The notes below the pieces were generated by a model that saw only the letters and a program-made list of their open reading frames with translations, was not told the origin of the DNA and did no database searches. Position numbers and translations under genes: made by a program. 64,000 nt of DNA, taken from NCBI GenBank assembly GCA_963771355.1, contig CAVYTA010000006.1:2496001-2560000 (forward strand), in the 5' to 3' direction. The stretch is from an uncultured Candidatus Rokubacteria bacterium (GTDB lineage: Bacteria > Methylomirabilota > Methylomirabilia > Rokubacteriales > CSP1-6). Shown in pieces: positions 51,938 through 62,714 of this stretch; within the stretch, counting starts at the first letter, position 1; every line of letters begins with the position of its first letter.

Positions 51938-52701
51938 CCGCGCCGCTGCTCCGGATGCTGGGCGCGCAGACCCTGGCCGAGCTGCGCGCCCGCTGGCGTG
52001 TCGCCGCCTTCAGCATGACGAGCCTGGCGCTCCCCGTGGTGTTCTTCACCTTCTTCGGACTGCCGTTCGCGGGCCAGACCTTCCCCGACGGGGTGAGCGT
52101 GGGCGCGTATCTGCTCGTCTCCTTCGCCGCCTACGGCGTGGGGAACGTGATGGTGTACGGCTTCGGGATCGGCGTGGCCAACGAGCGCGGCATGAAGGTC
52201 GATCTCCTGATGCGCGCCACCCCGCTGCCGCCCGCGGTCGCGGTGCTCGCCAAGGTGCTGGTAGCGCTGGCCTTCGCGCTGGTGTCGATCGTGGTGCTGA
52301 TCGTCTACGGCGTGGTGGTGGGCGGGGTGCGGCAGGACCTGACCGTCTGGCTGCAGGTCATCGTGCGTCTCCTCGCGGGCTCGCTGCCCTTCGTGGCGCT
52401 CGGGTTCGCCATCGGCTACACCGCGGGCCCCCACGCGGCGCCCGCGCTCGCCAACCTCATCTATCTCCCGCTGTCCTTCGCCTCGGGGCTGTTCATGCCG
52501 GTGAGCCAGCTGCCCGGCTTCGTGCAGCGCGTGGCGCCCTATCTGCCGTCCTACCACTACGGCCAGCTGGCGTGGAGCGCGGTGGGGGCGCGGGCGGAGC
52601 CGCTCGTGGTGAGCCTGGCCTGGCTGGCCGGCTATACCGTGCTCTTCCTCGCCATCGCCGTGCGGGCCTACCGACGGGAGGAATCGCGGAAGTTCGCCTA
52701 G
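51934..52701 (+). CDS. ABC-2 type permease
   Basis: About six hydrophobic segments; SGLFMP; GTGA overlap. Confidence 0.9.
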   Translation: MTAPLLRMLGAQTLAELRARWRVAAFSMTSLALPVVFFTFFGLPFAGQTFPDGVSVGAYLLVSFAAYGVGNVMVYGFGIGVANERGMKVDLLMRATPLPPAVAVLAKVLVALAFALVSIVVLIVYGVVVGGVRQDLTVWLQVIVRLLAGSLPFVALGFAIGYTAGPHAAPALANLIYLPLSFASGLFMPVSQLPGFVQRVAPYLPSYHYGQLAWSAVGARAEPLVVSLAWLAGYTVLFLAIAVRAYRREESRKFA

Positions 52702-54036
52702 CCCGCCTGCACCGTCTCCACCAGCCACTTCGCGGTGCGCAGGAGCCGGGCGTCGCCCAGCCGCGGCCCCACCAGCTGCACGCCCAGCGGCAGGCCGTTC
52801 TCGCCCTGCATGAGCGGGACGCTGAGCGCGGGCATCCCGCAGAGGGTCCACACCGAGTTGAAGGCGGGATCCCCCGTCGACTCGAGGCCGCGGGGCGCGG
52901 TGCCGCTGGCGGCGGGAGTGAGGATGGCGTCGTAACGCTGGCCGAACAGCTCCTCGAACCCGGCGTTCAGGGCCGGCCGTCGCGCGAGCGCCTGGAGGTA
53001 GTCGCGGGCGCGCACCTCGCGGCCGCGGGCGAGACGCTCCACCATGGAGGGCGAGAGCTGCGCGCGCCCACGCTCCCACGCCCAGTCGAGGTTCGCCGCC
53101 ATCTCCGAGTCGAGGATGAGCCGGTGCCACTCCAGCGCCTGGACTCACGGGCTCGCCGAGGTCCAGCTCCTCCACGCGATCGCCGAGAAAGTCCACCAGC
53201 TCCGCGAAGGCCTCGCGGGCGTCCCCGTCCACGTGCTCCCAGCGCGCCGTCTTCACGAAGGCGAAGAGCGGCGGGATGGGGGGCTCCGAGGCGGCGATCT
53301 CTCGGTAGCGCGGATACGCCGAGGCGCGCGAGTCGGGATCGCGCGCGTCGTACCCCACCAGCACCTCGGCCAGCAGCGCCACGTCCTCGAGGGTGCGCGC
53401 GAACACGCCCACGTGATCGAGCGAGCGCGAGAGCTGGAACATGCCGTGGCGCGAGATCAGGCCGTGGGTGGGCTTGAAGCCGAAGACGCCGCAGTAGGTG
53501 GCGGGCCGGATCACCGAACCGCCGGTCTGGCTGCCCACCGCCAGCGGCACCTGGCTCGCCGCCACCGCCGCCGCCGAGCCGCTGGAGGAGCCGCCGGGAG
53601 TATGCGCGGGGTTCACCGGATTGCGCGTCTTGCCCGGCGCGCGCGCGGCGAACTCGGTGGTCACCGTCTTGCCCAGGAGCACCGCGCCCGCCGCGCGCAG
53701 CCGCTCCACCACCGCGGCGTCCCGCGTGGGCACGCGGCCGGCGTGCAGCGGCGAGCCGTTCTCGGTCGGCATGTCCGCGGTGTCGATGATGTCCTTGAGG
53801 CCCACCGGCACCCCGTGGAGCGGTCCGGTGGGCGCGCCCGAGCGGCGCGCCTCGTCGGCCGCGCGCGCCTGCGCGAGCGCGTGCTCCGGATCCAGATAGG
53901 TCCAGGCCTGGAGCTCGGCTTCCGTCGCCTCCACCCGGGCCAGGCAGGCCTCGATCAGGGCGGTGGAGTCCAGCGCCCCTTCACGGATCAGGCGGGCGGC
54001 GGCGGCGGCGGACAGGCGGTGGAGGTCAGTTTCCGT
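52698..54036 (-). pseudogene. amidase-signature enzyme with one extra base near 53145 and no standard start codon
   Basis: GPLHGVPVGLKD, PGGSSSGS, GSQTGGSVIRP; C-half (GLPLGVQL) is in the next frame. Confidence 0.8.
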
Positions 54037-56110
54037 AGAGGAATTCCGGCAGCCAGAGCGACATGCCCGGCCAGATGTACATGAACACGAGGCAGATGAG
54101 GACGATGATCATGTAGGGCATCATGCCGGCGAAGATCTGATTCAGGGTGACGTGCTTGGGTGAGACGCCCTTGAGATAGAACGCGGACATCGCCACCGGC
54201 GGCGACAGGAAGGCGGCCTGGAGGTTCACCGCCACCATGGTGCCGAAGAGGATGGGGTCGATCTGGAAGTGGCTCAGCAGCGGAATGAAGATCGGGCAGA
54301 AGATCACGAGGATCTCGGTCCACTCCAGCGGCCAGCCGAGCAGGAAGATGATGAGCTGGGACACGATCAGGAACCCCAGCGGCGAGAGGTTCCAGCTCAG
54401 CACCCAGCGCTCGATGAGCCCCTGGCCCCCGTGCAGCGCGAACACCGCGGAGAAGAGCGCGGAGCCCACGAAGAGCCAGCACACCATGGCGGTGGTCTTG
54501 GCGGTGAGGAAGGTGGACTGCTTGAGGTTCGTTCGCAGCTCCGGCGAAGTCCGGAGGTTCCACAGGAAGGGCACCACCGTGCCCAGGAAGGTCCCCCCGA
54601 TGAAGGCCGCCACCAGCATCGACGCGAAGGGCTCCCCCTCGTACCAGCCGAGCGCGAACCCCAGCACCGCGCCCACCAGGCTCCACCACCAGACCGATCG
54701 CGCGAAACGCGCCATCACCGCGAGATACAGCGCGCCCAGCGCGCCGATGCCCGCAGACTCGGTGGCGGTGCAGATGCCGAAGAGAATCACCGCCAGCACG
54801 ATGGCGGTGAGCACGCCGAGGGGCACCACGGAGGCGATGAGCTCCTTGAGGATCTGGAGCTGCTCGCCGTCCATGTGCCAGAAGTAGTACAGCAGCACCA
54901 AGGTGGAGGCGGCGGCCAGCCCCCAGAACCAGCCGTAGAAGTGCGCGGGGATCTTCCCCACGCCGGGGGCCGCGGTCGACGAGCGGAGCGAGGACATCTC
55001 CTCCGGCGGCCCCTCGGTCTTGGTACCCGAGGCCGCAGAGGGGGGATCGCCGGCGGCCCCGAGCTCCTGGGGCTTGTCGGAGTCGGGGGCCGAGGAGTCG
55101 CCCGCCGCGCCGAGCTCCTGCGGCTTCTCCTCCGCGGAAGGCGCGGGGGCTGGGGCCGTGGGCGCGAGCGGCGCCGGGGCGGTGATCGGCGCGGCCGGCG
55201 CCAGCGCCGCCGCCTTGGCGGCGACCGCCTCGGGCGCGTTGTAGACGACCACGTACCACCAGGCGGCGGCGAAGGTGCCCACCGTCAGCATGAGGGGCAC
55301 CGCCACCACGCCCACGCTGCGCATCAGCGCGCGATAGCCCAACCGGCGCGCGAGGGCGGGCCGGAAGAGGGCGGCGAGGAGCCCGGGCACCACGCTGCGT
55401 GAGGGCCCGCGCTCCAGCGCCCGCAGGTACTCGGGCACCTCCACGCGGTACTGGTCGGGGGGCAGCTTGGGCGCGATCTTCGGGTTGATGATCGCCCAGC
55501 CGAGGATGTAAACCAGGTAGAGGAAGGTGAGGAAGAAGCCCGGCAGCATGGCCGCCGCGTACAGCTTCACGATGGACTGGCCCGCCACCGCCGCGTAGAC
55601 GATGAGCATCACCGACGGCGGGATGAGGATCCCGAGCGTGCCCCCTGCGGTGATGGCTCCCGCGGCCAGCCGCACGTCGTAGCCGGCGTTGAGCATGGGG
55701 CGCATGGCGATGACACCCATGAGCACCACCACCGCGCCCACGATGCCGGAGGCGATGCCCCAGAAGGCGCAGACCAGGAGGGTGGTCACCGCCAGTGAGG
55801 CCGGCACGCGCCGGAAGGCGAGCTGCACGCTGTGGAACATGCGGTCCACCAGCGCGGCGCGCTCCATGATGTAGCCCATGAAGACGAAGAGCGGGATGGA
55901 CAGCAGCGTGTCGTTGGTCATCACGCCATAGGTCCGCTGCACGATGAGGTCGAACGCGCGGTTGTCGTACCAGTGCTGGCCGGGAGTCCAGAAGGCGATG
56001 AAGCCGAAGATCATCCCCAGGCCCATGAGCGTGAAGGCGGTGGGGAATCCCATCATGATCGCCACCACGATGAGGCAGAGCATGGTGAGCCCGAGAGACG
56101 GATCGCTCAC
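54026..56110 (-). CDS. dctM: TRAP large permease with large internal insertion
   Basis: IPLFVFMG, GILIPPS, TATESA, FLSPP; Pro/Ala-rich insert. Confidence 0.9.
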   Translation of the reverse strand: MSDPSLGLTMLCLIVVAIMMGFPTAFTLMGLGMIFGFIAFWTPGQHWYDNRAFDLIVQRTYGVMTNDTLLSIPLFVFMGYIMERAALVDRMFHSVQLAFRRVPASLAVTTLLVCAFWGIASGIVGAVVVLMGVIAMRPMLNAGYDVRLAAGAITAGGTLGILIPPSVMLIVYAAVAGQSIVKLYAAAMLPGFFLTFLYLVYILGWAIINPKIAPKLPPDQYRVEVPEYLRALERGPSRSVVPGLLAALFRPALARRLGYRALMRSVGVVAVPLMLTVGTFAAAWWYVVVYNAPEAVAAKAAALAPAAPITAPAPLAPTAPAPAPSAEEKPQELGAAGDSSAPDSDKPQELGAAGDPPSAASGTKTEGPPEEMSSLRSSTAAPGVGKIPAHFYGWFWGLAAASTLVLLYYFWHMDGEQLQILKELIASVVPLGVLTAIVLAVILFGICTATESAGIGALGALYLAVMARFARSVWWWSLVGAVLGFALGWYEGEPFASMLVAAFIGGTFLGTVVPFLWNLRTSPELRTNLKQSTFLTAKTTAMVCWLFVGSALFSAVFALHGGQGLIERWVLSWNLSPLGFLIVSQLIIFLLGWPLEWTEILVIFCPIFIPLLSHFQIDPILFGTMVAVNLQAAFLSPPVAMSAFYLKGVSPKHVTLNQIFAGMMPYMIIVLICLVFMYIWPGMSLWLPEFLYGN

Positions 56111-56814
56111 GGCTTCTTTCGCCCGTCGTCCTCGGGGGCCTTGTCGTGCACGATCTCCTCATCCATCACGCTGCGGTGGCGGGCGGCGTCGTCGATGGCC
56201 TTGGCGCCCTCCATGACGGCGAGCCGTGACTCCTCGTCCACGTACTGGCTGTGCCCGAGCTGGGTGTCGAGCACGTCGATCTCCTCGACGTCCTCGAGCC
56301 GCGGCGGCCAGGCCCCGGTGCGCAGGCAGACGACGCAGCGGAGGATTTCCGCGAGCCCCTGCAGCATCACCAGCGCGCCCGCGAGCGGGATCACCGCCTT
56401 GAACTGGTACACCGGCGGCCCTTCCGCGGTGACGGTGGAGTGCTCGCCGATGCGCCAGGAGTCGGCGGCGAAGCCCGCCCCCGCGTAGATCAGGCCCAGG
56501 ATTCCGGGGATGAAGAAGAGGAGGTAGAGCGCCAGGTCCAGGGCCGCCTGGCCCCGCGGCTTCATGTAGATGTACACGAAGTCCGCGCGCACGTGGCCGG
56601 CGGCGGCCAGCGTATAGGCGCCGCACATCATGAACAGCGTGCCGTACAGCATGCTGTTGAAATCGTAGATCCACGCGGTGGGCGCGTTGAGGATGTACCG
56701 CTTGAAGACCTCGATGGAGACGACGAAGGTCAGGGCGACGATCAGCCAGGCGAAGATCTTGCCGGACGCGTAGCTGATGGAGTCGACGATGCGGAGGAGG
56801 CGCGCGGCGCTCAT
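56107..56814 (-). CDS. dctQ: TRAP small permease
   Basis: NAPTAW, GHVRAD. Confidence 0.9.
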   Translation of the reverse strand: MSAARLLRIVDSISYASGKIFAWLIVALTFVVSIEVFKRYILNAPTAWIYDFNSMLYGTLFMMCGAYTLAAAGHVRADFVYIYMKPRGQAALDLALYLLFFIPGILGLIYAGAGFAADSWRIGEHSTVTAEGPPVYQFKAVIPLAGALVMLQGLAEILRCVVCLRTGAWPPRLEDVEEIDVLDTQLGHSQYVDEESRLAVMEGAKAIDDAARHRSVMDEEIVHDKAPEDDGRKKP

Positions 56815-56889
56815 GGCCGGTGGGGCCGGGCCGGCCGCCCGACGATCGCCGGATGGCCGACCCGATGGAACGGCGGGAGTCACGTGTCG

Positions 56890-58023
56890 CTAGCTCTTCT
56901 TGGGCCCGAAGTAGTGGTTGTAGGCCATGCGGCGGGACACGTTGGTGTCCAGGTCCCACTTGACCGCCCGGGCCGCGAACACCTTCTGCGACTCGGCGAT
57001 CTCCTTGAAGAGCGGGTTGTCCGCGGACTTCTTGTCCGCCACCGTGTCGTAGATTTCGAGCTGCTTCTGCAGCACGGAATCGGGCGTCTTGTAGAAGCGC
57101 ACCTTGTCCTTGGTCTGGAGCTCGATGTAGTCCTTCGAGTAGCGGTCGATGGCCTTCCAGGACATGTCGGCGGAGGCCGCCTCCACCGCATTCTCGATGA
57201 TGGCCTTCATCTTGTCCGGCAGGGCGTCGAACTTGGTCTTGTTGAACGTGATCTCGAGCTGCTCGGCGTTCTGGTGATAGCTCTGCAGCATGCACACCTT
57301 GGAGACGTCGGCGAAGCCGAGGATGCGGTCCGAGGAGGCATTGTTGAACTCGGCCGCGTCGAGGAGGCCTCGGTCCATGGCGGGCACGATCTCGCCGCCG
57401 GGCAGCGCGTTCACGGCCGCCCCCAGCCCCGTGAACACGTCGATGGAGATACCCACCGTCCGGAACTTGAGGCCCTTGAGGTCATCGGCCTTGGTGATGG
57501 GCTTCTTGAACCAACCCAGTGGCTGGGTCGCCATCGGGCCATACGGGAAGGACACCACGTTCATCCCGATGGAGGCGTAGAGCTTCTGGAGCAGCTGCTT
57601 GCCCCCGCCGTACTTGTGCCAGGACAGCAGCATGTTGGCGTCCATGCCGTAGCCGGGGCCCGAGCCCCAGAGGGCCAGCGCGGTCTGCTTGCCGTAGTGG
57701 TACACGAGCACGCCATGGCCGCCGTCGAGCGTGCCCTTGGACACCGCGTCGATGAGGCCGAAGGCCGGCACCACCGCGCCCGCCGGCAGCACCTCGATCT
57801 TGAGGTCGCCGCCGGTCATGTCGTTCACCTTCTTGGCGAAATCGTTCGCGTACTCGTGGAAGATGTCCTTCTGCGGCCACGTGCTTTGCCAGCGCATGCT
57901 GATGGGGCCTTGCGCCTTCACCACGGTGGGGAAGGTGAGCGCGGCCACGCCGGCGGCGGCAGCGGCGGCGCCCTTGAGGAACCGGCGACGCGGGGCTTGG
58001 AGAGCGGATTGCGTATCACTCAT
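56890..58023 (-). CDS. dctP: TRAP solute-binding protein, TakP-like, Tat signal
   Basis: RRRFLKG; RWQSTWP; LKGLKFR. Confidence 0.93.
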   Translation of the reverse strand: MSDTQSALQAPRRRFLKGAAAAAAGVAALTFPTVVKAQGPISMRWQSTWPQKDIFHEYANDFAKKVNDMTGGDLKIEVLPAGAVVPAFGLIDAVSKGTLDGGHGVLVYHYGKQTALALWGSGPGYGMDANMLLSWHKYGGGKQLLQKLYASIGMNVVSFPYGPMATQPLGWFKKPITKADDLKGLKFRTVGISIDVFTGLGAAVNALPGGEIVPAMDRGLLDAAEFNNASSDRILGFADVSKVCMLQSYHQNAEQLEITFNKTKFDALPDKMKAIIENAVEAASADMSWKAIDRYSKDYIELQTKDKVRFYKTPDSVLQKQLEIYDTVADKKSADNPLFKEIAESQKVFAARAVKWDLDTNVSRRMAYNHYFGPKKS

Positions 58024-58227
58024 GGTGACGCCTCCTGGGGTCGGTCGTTGAAGTGGCCACATTGCGACTCCGAGCGATTCCGACGCAAAGCCCGGCTCCT
58101 CTCTTGCGGAGGGCTCCTTGGGCCGGTCCGGTCGGACCATCGAGCCAGCGGCAATTTTACAGGCCGCTGCCCCTCCAGGTAAAGGCTCTTGAAGGCTATA
58201 ATGGCGTCCCCGAAAGGAGAGTTCCCC

Positions 58228-59067
58228 ATGAGAGCCCTGGCCGAGCGGATGAACGCGCTATGCGATGCCCTGCCCTTCCAGACCAGCTGGTACCTCCAGA
58301 GCCTCGGCACCGGCGAGCGGGCGGACCGGCTGGGCGACCTCCCCGTGCCGTCCGCCAGCACGCGCAAGATCTCCATCCTCATGGCGGCGCTCAAGGCCGT
58401 GGCCGACGGCAAGCTCGCCCTCGACCAGAAAGTGACCGTGGACGCCCGGTATCAGGACAATGATTCCGGGACCTTCCAGCACCTCACCCCCGGCTTCTGG
58501 ATCACCCTCCGCGACGCCCTGGTGATGATGATCATCGTGAGCGACAACACCTGCACCGGGACGGTGGTGGACCTGGTGGGGCTGGGGGAGATACAGCGCC
58601 TGTGCGAGTCGGTCGGGATGTCTCGCACGGTCCACCGTTACGGCATCCCGCCGCGGCTGCCCGCCGATCACGGGCTCGAGCAAGTCACCTCCACCACCCC
58701 GCGCGACCAGGGACTGCTCCTGGACCTCATGCTCCGCGGGGCGGACGACACCGCGACGGCCGCGCAGCTGGGCTCGACCCCCGCACTCTGCCGGCTGGGG
58801 CTGGACATCCTGTCGTGGCAGAAGCTCAAGACCCGCCTGCCCTCGCTCTTGCCGCTGGGCACCAAGGTCGCGCACAAGACGGGGACGGGCTCGCGCGGCT
58901 ACATGGATGCCGGCATCGTCTACAAGGAGGGCCGCCCGCTCTTCATCCTCACCGCCTATACGGACGGCGTGCCCGCCGCGCTGCCCGACGGCATGCCCGG
59001 CTTCGCCGCCGCCAACCAGGTCATCGGCCGCATGGCGCGGCTGGCCTGGGACGACCTCGGGGGCTGA
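58228..59067 (+). CDS. serine hydrolase with class A beta-lactamase-like fold
   Basis: STRK, SDN, HKTG; AAAGGAG RBS; no signal peptide. Confidence 0.88.
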   Translation: MRALAERMNALCDALPFQTSWYLQSLGTGERADRLGDLPVPSASTRKISILMAALKAVADGKLALDQKVTVDARYQDNDSGTFQHLTPGFWITLRDALVMMIIVSDNTCTGTVVDLVGLGEIQRLCESVGMSRTVHRYGIPPRLPADHGLEQVTSTTPRDQGLLLDLMLRGADDTATAAQLGSTPALCRLGLDILSWQKLKTRLPSLLPLGTKVAHKTGTGSRGYMDAGIVYKEGRPLFILTAYTDGVPAALPDGMPGFAAANQVIGRMARLAWDDLGG

Positions 59068-59073
59068 GCGGGG

Positions 59074-60103
59074 CTAGCTCGTCTTCCCCGCGTAGCCCTG
59101 GCGGTGGAAGTAGTTGGCGTTGTAGAAGGCCAGGACGAGGTCGCGGTAGACGGCGGGGGGATAGCGCGGCGGATCATCCGCGCTCGTGCAGCTCGGCACG
59201 CATTCGATGACCGAGTCCACGTTGGGGCTGTAGAAGAAGGCGATGGAGTAGCGGTCGTTCCCCGAGTCGTTGAGCACCCCGTGCGGGGTCGAGTGGAAGC
59301 GGTCGTTGGACCACCGCTTCATCATGTTGCCCAGGTTGACCAGGAAGGTCCCCTCGATCAGGGGCGGCGCCAGCCACTCCCCGCTGGGCAGCCGCACCGC
59401 CAGCCCCGGCACCTCGGTGCGCGCCAGGATGGTGATGAAGGAGTTGTCGGTGTGCGGCCCCTGCCCGAACTGCTCGTCGTCCTCCACCTCCTGCGGCGGG
59501 TAGTGCAGGAAGCGCAGGTTGATGTGCGCCTCGCCGGCGAAGAAGGGCGCGAACCAGTCGGCGGGCAGGTCCAGCGCGCGGGCGAGCACGGGCAGCATCT
59601 TCTCGCCCACCGCTTCCAGCGTGGTGAAGTAGGCGACCATGGCCGCCCGCATCTCGGCCATGGCCCGCCGGCCACTGGTTGCGGCCGCGGAGCGTCTCGC
59701 CGTTCACGATGGCGGGATGGTCGGGCCCGCGGTCGTGGCTGATGAAGAAGCTCTCGTTGTAGTTCGGCCGGGTGGCCTTGTGGACGGTGGAGGCGCCCTG
59801 GATGCTCTCGTTGGGCGCGAGGTAGCCGATATTGTTCTCGTTGATGGCGAGGCCCCGCTTGACCGCGTCGGGCAGCGCGTGGAACTCGCGGGAGGCGGCG
59901 AAGGCCGCGTCCACCACCGCGTCCGGCACGCCGTGGCCGGCCAGGTAGAAGAACCCGATCTCCTCGCTGGCGCGCCGCACCTGCCGGGCCACCGCCTCGA
60001 GCCCGCCCGGCTCGCCGCGGAACGCGGGGCCGAAGTCGATCACGGGGATCGCCCGCGTCACCGCCTCGGGGTCCTTCACCGCCATCGCCTTGAAGATATT
60101 CAT
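59074..60103 (-). pseudogene. isopenicillin-N-synthase-family 2OG-Fe(II) oxygenase with one extra base near 59663
   Basis: IPVID, GFFYL, NQWP, then LHYP, HTD, HGV, RYS in the next frame; span is 3n+1. Confidence 0.82.
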
Positions 60104-60258
60104 CACGCCTCCCGTGAGCGGCCGGCTGGCCCGGCCGCCCCGAGCATACGCCGCCCCCGCTGCCGTTGCCAAGCCCGCCGCCGTTGCCAAGGCAGAAGCG
60201 CTGGTCTATTCTCGGGGCCCGAGAAGCCTGAACCCACCCCCGCGTCGGAGGACCGAGC

Positions 60259-61098
60259 ATGGCAGCAGCGGTGAACTGGCCCGGCGGCGCGCGCTGCGCC
60301 ATCATGATGACCTTCGACCTCGACGGCGAGAGCCCGTGGATACACCGCGACGCCGCCCTCGCCGACCGGCCCCTGCACATGTCCATGGGCGCCTATGGCC
60401 CCAAGACCGGGATGCCCCGGATCCTCGACGTGCTGGACCGCTACGGGCTCAAGACCTGCATCTTCATCCCCGGCTGGATCGTCGAGCGCTACCCCGCGCT
60501 CTGCGAGGAGGTGTTACGCCGCGGGCACGAGGTCGGCCATCACGGCTACCTGCACGAGAAGCCCTTCTTCATGAAGAGCCGCGAGGAGGAGGAGGAGCTC
60601 CTCGTCAAGAGCCTCGACATCTTCAAGAAGATCCTGGGCGTCAAGCCGCTGGGCTCACGCTCGCCCTCCGCCGACCCGAGCCACCACACCATGGCGTTGC
60701 TCAAGCAGCACGGCTTCCTCTATCACAGCAATGCGCTGGATACCGACCTGCCCTACTGCCACGACACACCCCACGGCCCGCTCGTCGAGTTCCCGACCGC
60801 CTGGTGCAACAACGACGCGCCCTTCTTCATGTTCAGCGCGGTGCCGCCGGTCGGGCACGGCATCTGGAGCCAGCAAGACGTGTGGGAGATCTGGTCGGAG
60901 GAGTTCGAGGGCATGTACGCGGAGGGCGGCTTCTTCAACTGGCTCGGCCACCCGCAGATCATCGGCCGGCCCTCCCGGATGCGCATGGTGGAGCGGCTGA
61001 TCCAGCGCATCCTCGGCAAGAAGGACGTGTGGTGGCCCACTCCGGTGGACCTCGCGCGGTTCTGGCTGGCGCAGAGCCAGCCCGCCACGCGCGCCTGA
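60259..61098 (+). CDS. polysaccharide deacetylase family (PuuE/PgdA-like)
   Basis: TFDLD, HGYLHE, HPQIIGR. Confidence 0.9.
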   Translation: MAAAVNWPGGARCAIMMTFDLDGESPWIHRDAALADRPLHMSMGAYGPKTGMPRILDVLDRYGLKTCIFIPGWIVERYPALCEEVLRRGHEVGHHGYLHEKPFFMKSREEEEELLVKSLDIFKKILGVKPLGSRSPSADPSHHTMALLKQHGFLYHSNALDTDLPYCHDTPHGPLVEFPTAWCNNDAPFFMFSAVPPVGHGIWSQQDVWEIWSEEFEGMYAEGGFFNWLGHPQIIGRPSRMRMVERLIQRILGKKDVWWPTPVDLARFWLAQSQPATRA

Positions 61099-61794
61099 TG
61101 GCGGCCGGCCGCCTGGAGGGACGGGTCGCCCTCGTCACCGGGGCGAGCCGCGGCTTCGGCCGCGCCATCGCCCTGGCCTTCGCCCGCGAGGGCGCCCGGC
61201 TCGTCGCGAACTTCTTCGCCAGCGAGCGCGAGGGGAAGGAGGTGGCCGCGGAGGCGGGCCGCCTGGGGGCAGAGGCCATCGCGCTGGGCGGGGACGTGTC
61301 CCGCGAGGACGACGCGCGCGCCCTCGTCAAGGGGACGCTCGACCGCTTCGGGCGCCTCGACATCCTCGTCAACAATGCCGGCATCATGGTGGGGGCCGCG
61401 ACTCCGCGGACGGCACCGGCGCATGCCACGTGACGGCAACGGCCGCATCATCAACCTCTCCTCCCAGCTCGCCCAGCGCGCGGTGGGCGGGGGCGGCTTT
61501 GCCGCCTACGCCGCCACCAAGGGCGCCATCGAGTCGCTCACCCGCGCGCTGGCCTCGGAGGTGGGCGGCCACGGCATCACCGTGAACGCGATCGCGCCGG
61601 GCGGCATCGAGACCGACATGAGCAAGGACGTGATGACGCCGGAGTACCGCGCGCGGCGGCTGGCCGAGTTGCCGCTCCGCCGGTTCGGCGACGTGGCCGA
61701 CGTGGCCTACTGCGCGGTGGTGCTGGCCGCCGACGAGGCCGGCTATCTCACCGGCCAGATCCTGCATCCGAGCGGCGGCTGGGTCAGCGGCTGA
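61098..61794 (+). pseudogene. SDR oxidoreductase with internal deletion and frameshift
   Basis: TGASRGFG and NNAG in one frame; IINLSS and YAATK in another; the intervening helix is missing. Confidence 0.8.
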
Positions 61795-61820
61795 GCCGCC
61801 TCGCCGACAAGGAGAGCTCC

Positions 61821-62714
61821 ATGCGCTACCGGTGGCCGGATGGCAAGCAGTCCGCCGCGGTCCTGTCCTTCGACTTCGACGCCGAGTCGGGCTTTCTCTT
61901 CCGCGAGCCCGAGAAGGCGAAGCGGAGCCTGGGCGATCTCGAGGAGCGCCGCTTCGGCCCGCGCGTGGGCGTGGATCGCATCCTGCGGCTGATGGACCGG
62001 CTCAAGCTGAAGGCGAGCTTCTACATCCCCGGCTGGACGGTAGAGAACCACCGGGCGCCCTCCCTCCGCATCCGCGACGCCGGCCACGAGGTCGGCGCCC
62101 ACGGCAACGTGCACGAGGCGGTGAGCTTTCTCGACGCGACCCAGGAAGAGGAGATCATGCGCCAGCAGCTCGCGATCCTGAAGTCAGGGCTCGGCGTCAC
62201 TCCGGCGGGCTATCGCTCGCCGTCGTGGGACGTCAATACCTGGACCCCGGGCATCCTCAAGCGCCACGGTTTTCTCTACGACTCCTCCCTCATGGGCAAT
62301 GACGTGCCCTACGAGGTGCCCAGCGAGGAGGGTCCGCTGATCGAGCTGCCCATCCAGTGGCTGCTCGACGACGCGCCGCTCTTCCGCCACGTGTACGGCT
62401 CGACCAATGCCATCGCCGATCCCGGGCGGGTGCTCCAGATGTGGAGCAAGGAGTTCGCGGCCATGCACGCGGAAAATGGCTGCTTCATCCTCACCTGCCA
62501 TCCCTTCGTGAGCGGGCGGGCCTCCCGCGTCCAGCTCCTGGAGGACCTCGTGGGCTTCATGCGGAAGTTCCGGGGCGTGTGGTTCACCACCTGCGAGGAG
62601 ATCGCGCGCTGGCACGCGAGCGGGAACGGCCGGGTGGACTCGCCCAACGGGAGGTCCGCGGCGGCGAAGCGGCCGCCGGCTAGCCGGCGCCGGGCGGCGC
62701 GGGCGCGTCGCTGA
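61821..62714 (+). CDS. polysaccharide deacetylase family (PuuE/PgdA-like)
   Basis: SFDFD, HGNVHE, GYRSP, YDSS, HPFVSGR. Confidence 0.9.
   Translation: MRYRWPDGKQSAAVLSFDFDAESGFLFREPEKAKRSLGDLEERRFGPRVGVDRILRLMDRLKLKASFYIPGWTVENHRAPSLRIRDAGHEVGAHGNVHEAVSFLDATQEEEIMRQQLAILKSGLGVTPAGYRSPSWDVNTWTPGILKRHGFLYDSSLMGNDVPYEVPSEEGPLIELPIQWLLDDAPLFRHVYGSTNAIADPGRVLQMWSKEFAAMHAENGCFILTCHPFVSGRASRVQLLEDLVGFMRKFRGVWFTTCEEIARWHASGNGRVDSPNGRSAAAKRPPASRRRAARARR

Noticed and set aside
51601..53934. 777-aa amidase fusion
   Set aside because: An artefact of the frameshift near 53145; the tail is antisense to the ABC genes.
58228..59067. Beta-lactam resistance gene
   Set aside because: No signal peptide and no clear omega-loop ExxLN motif; only the fold is supported.
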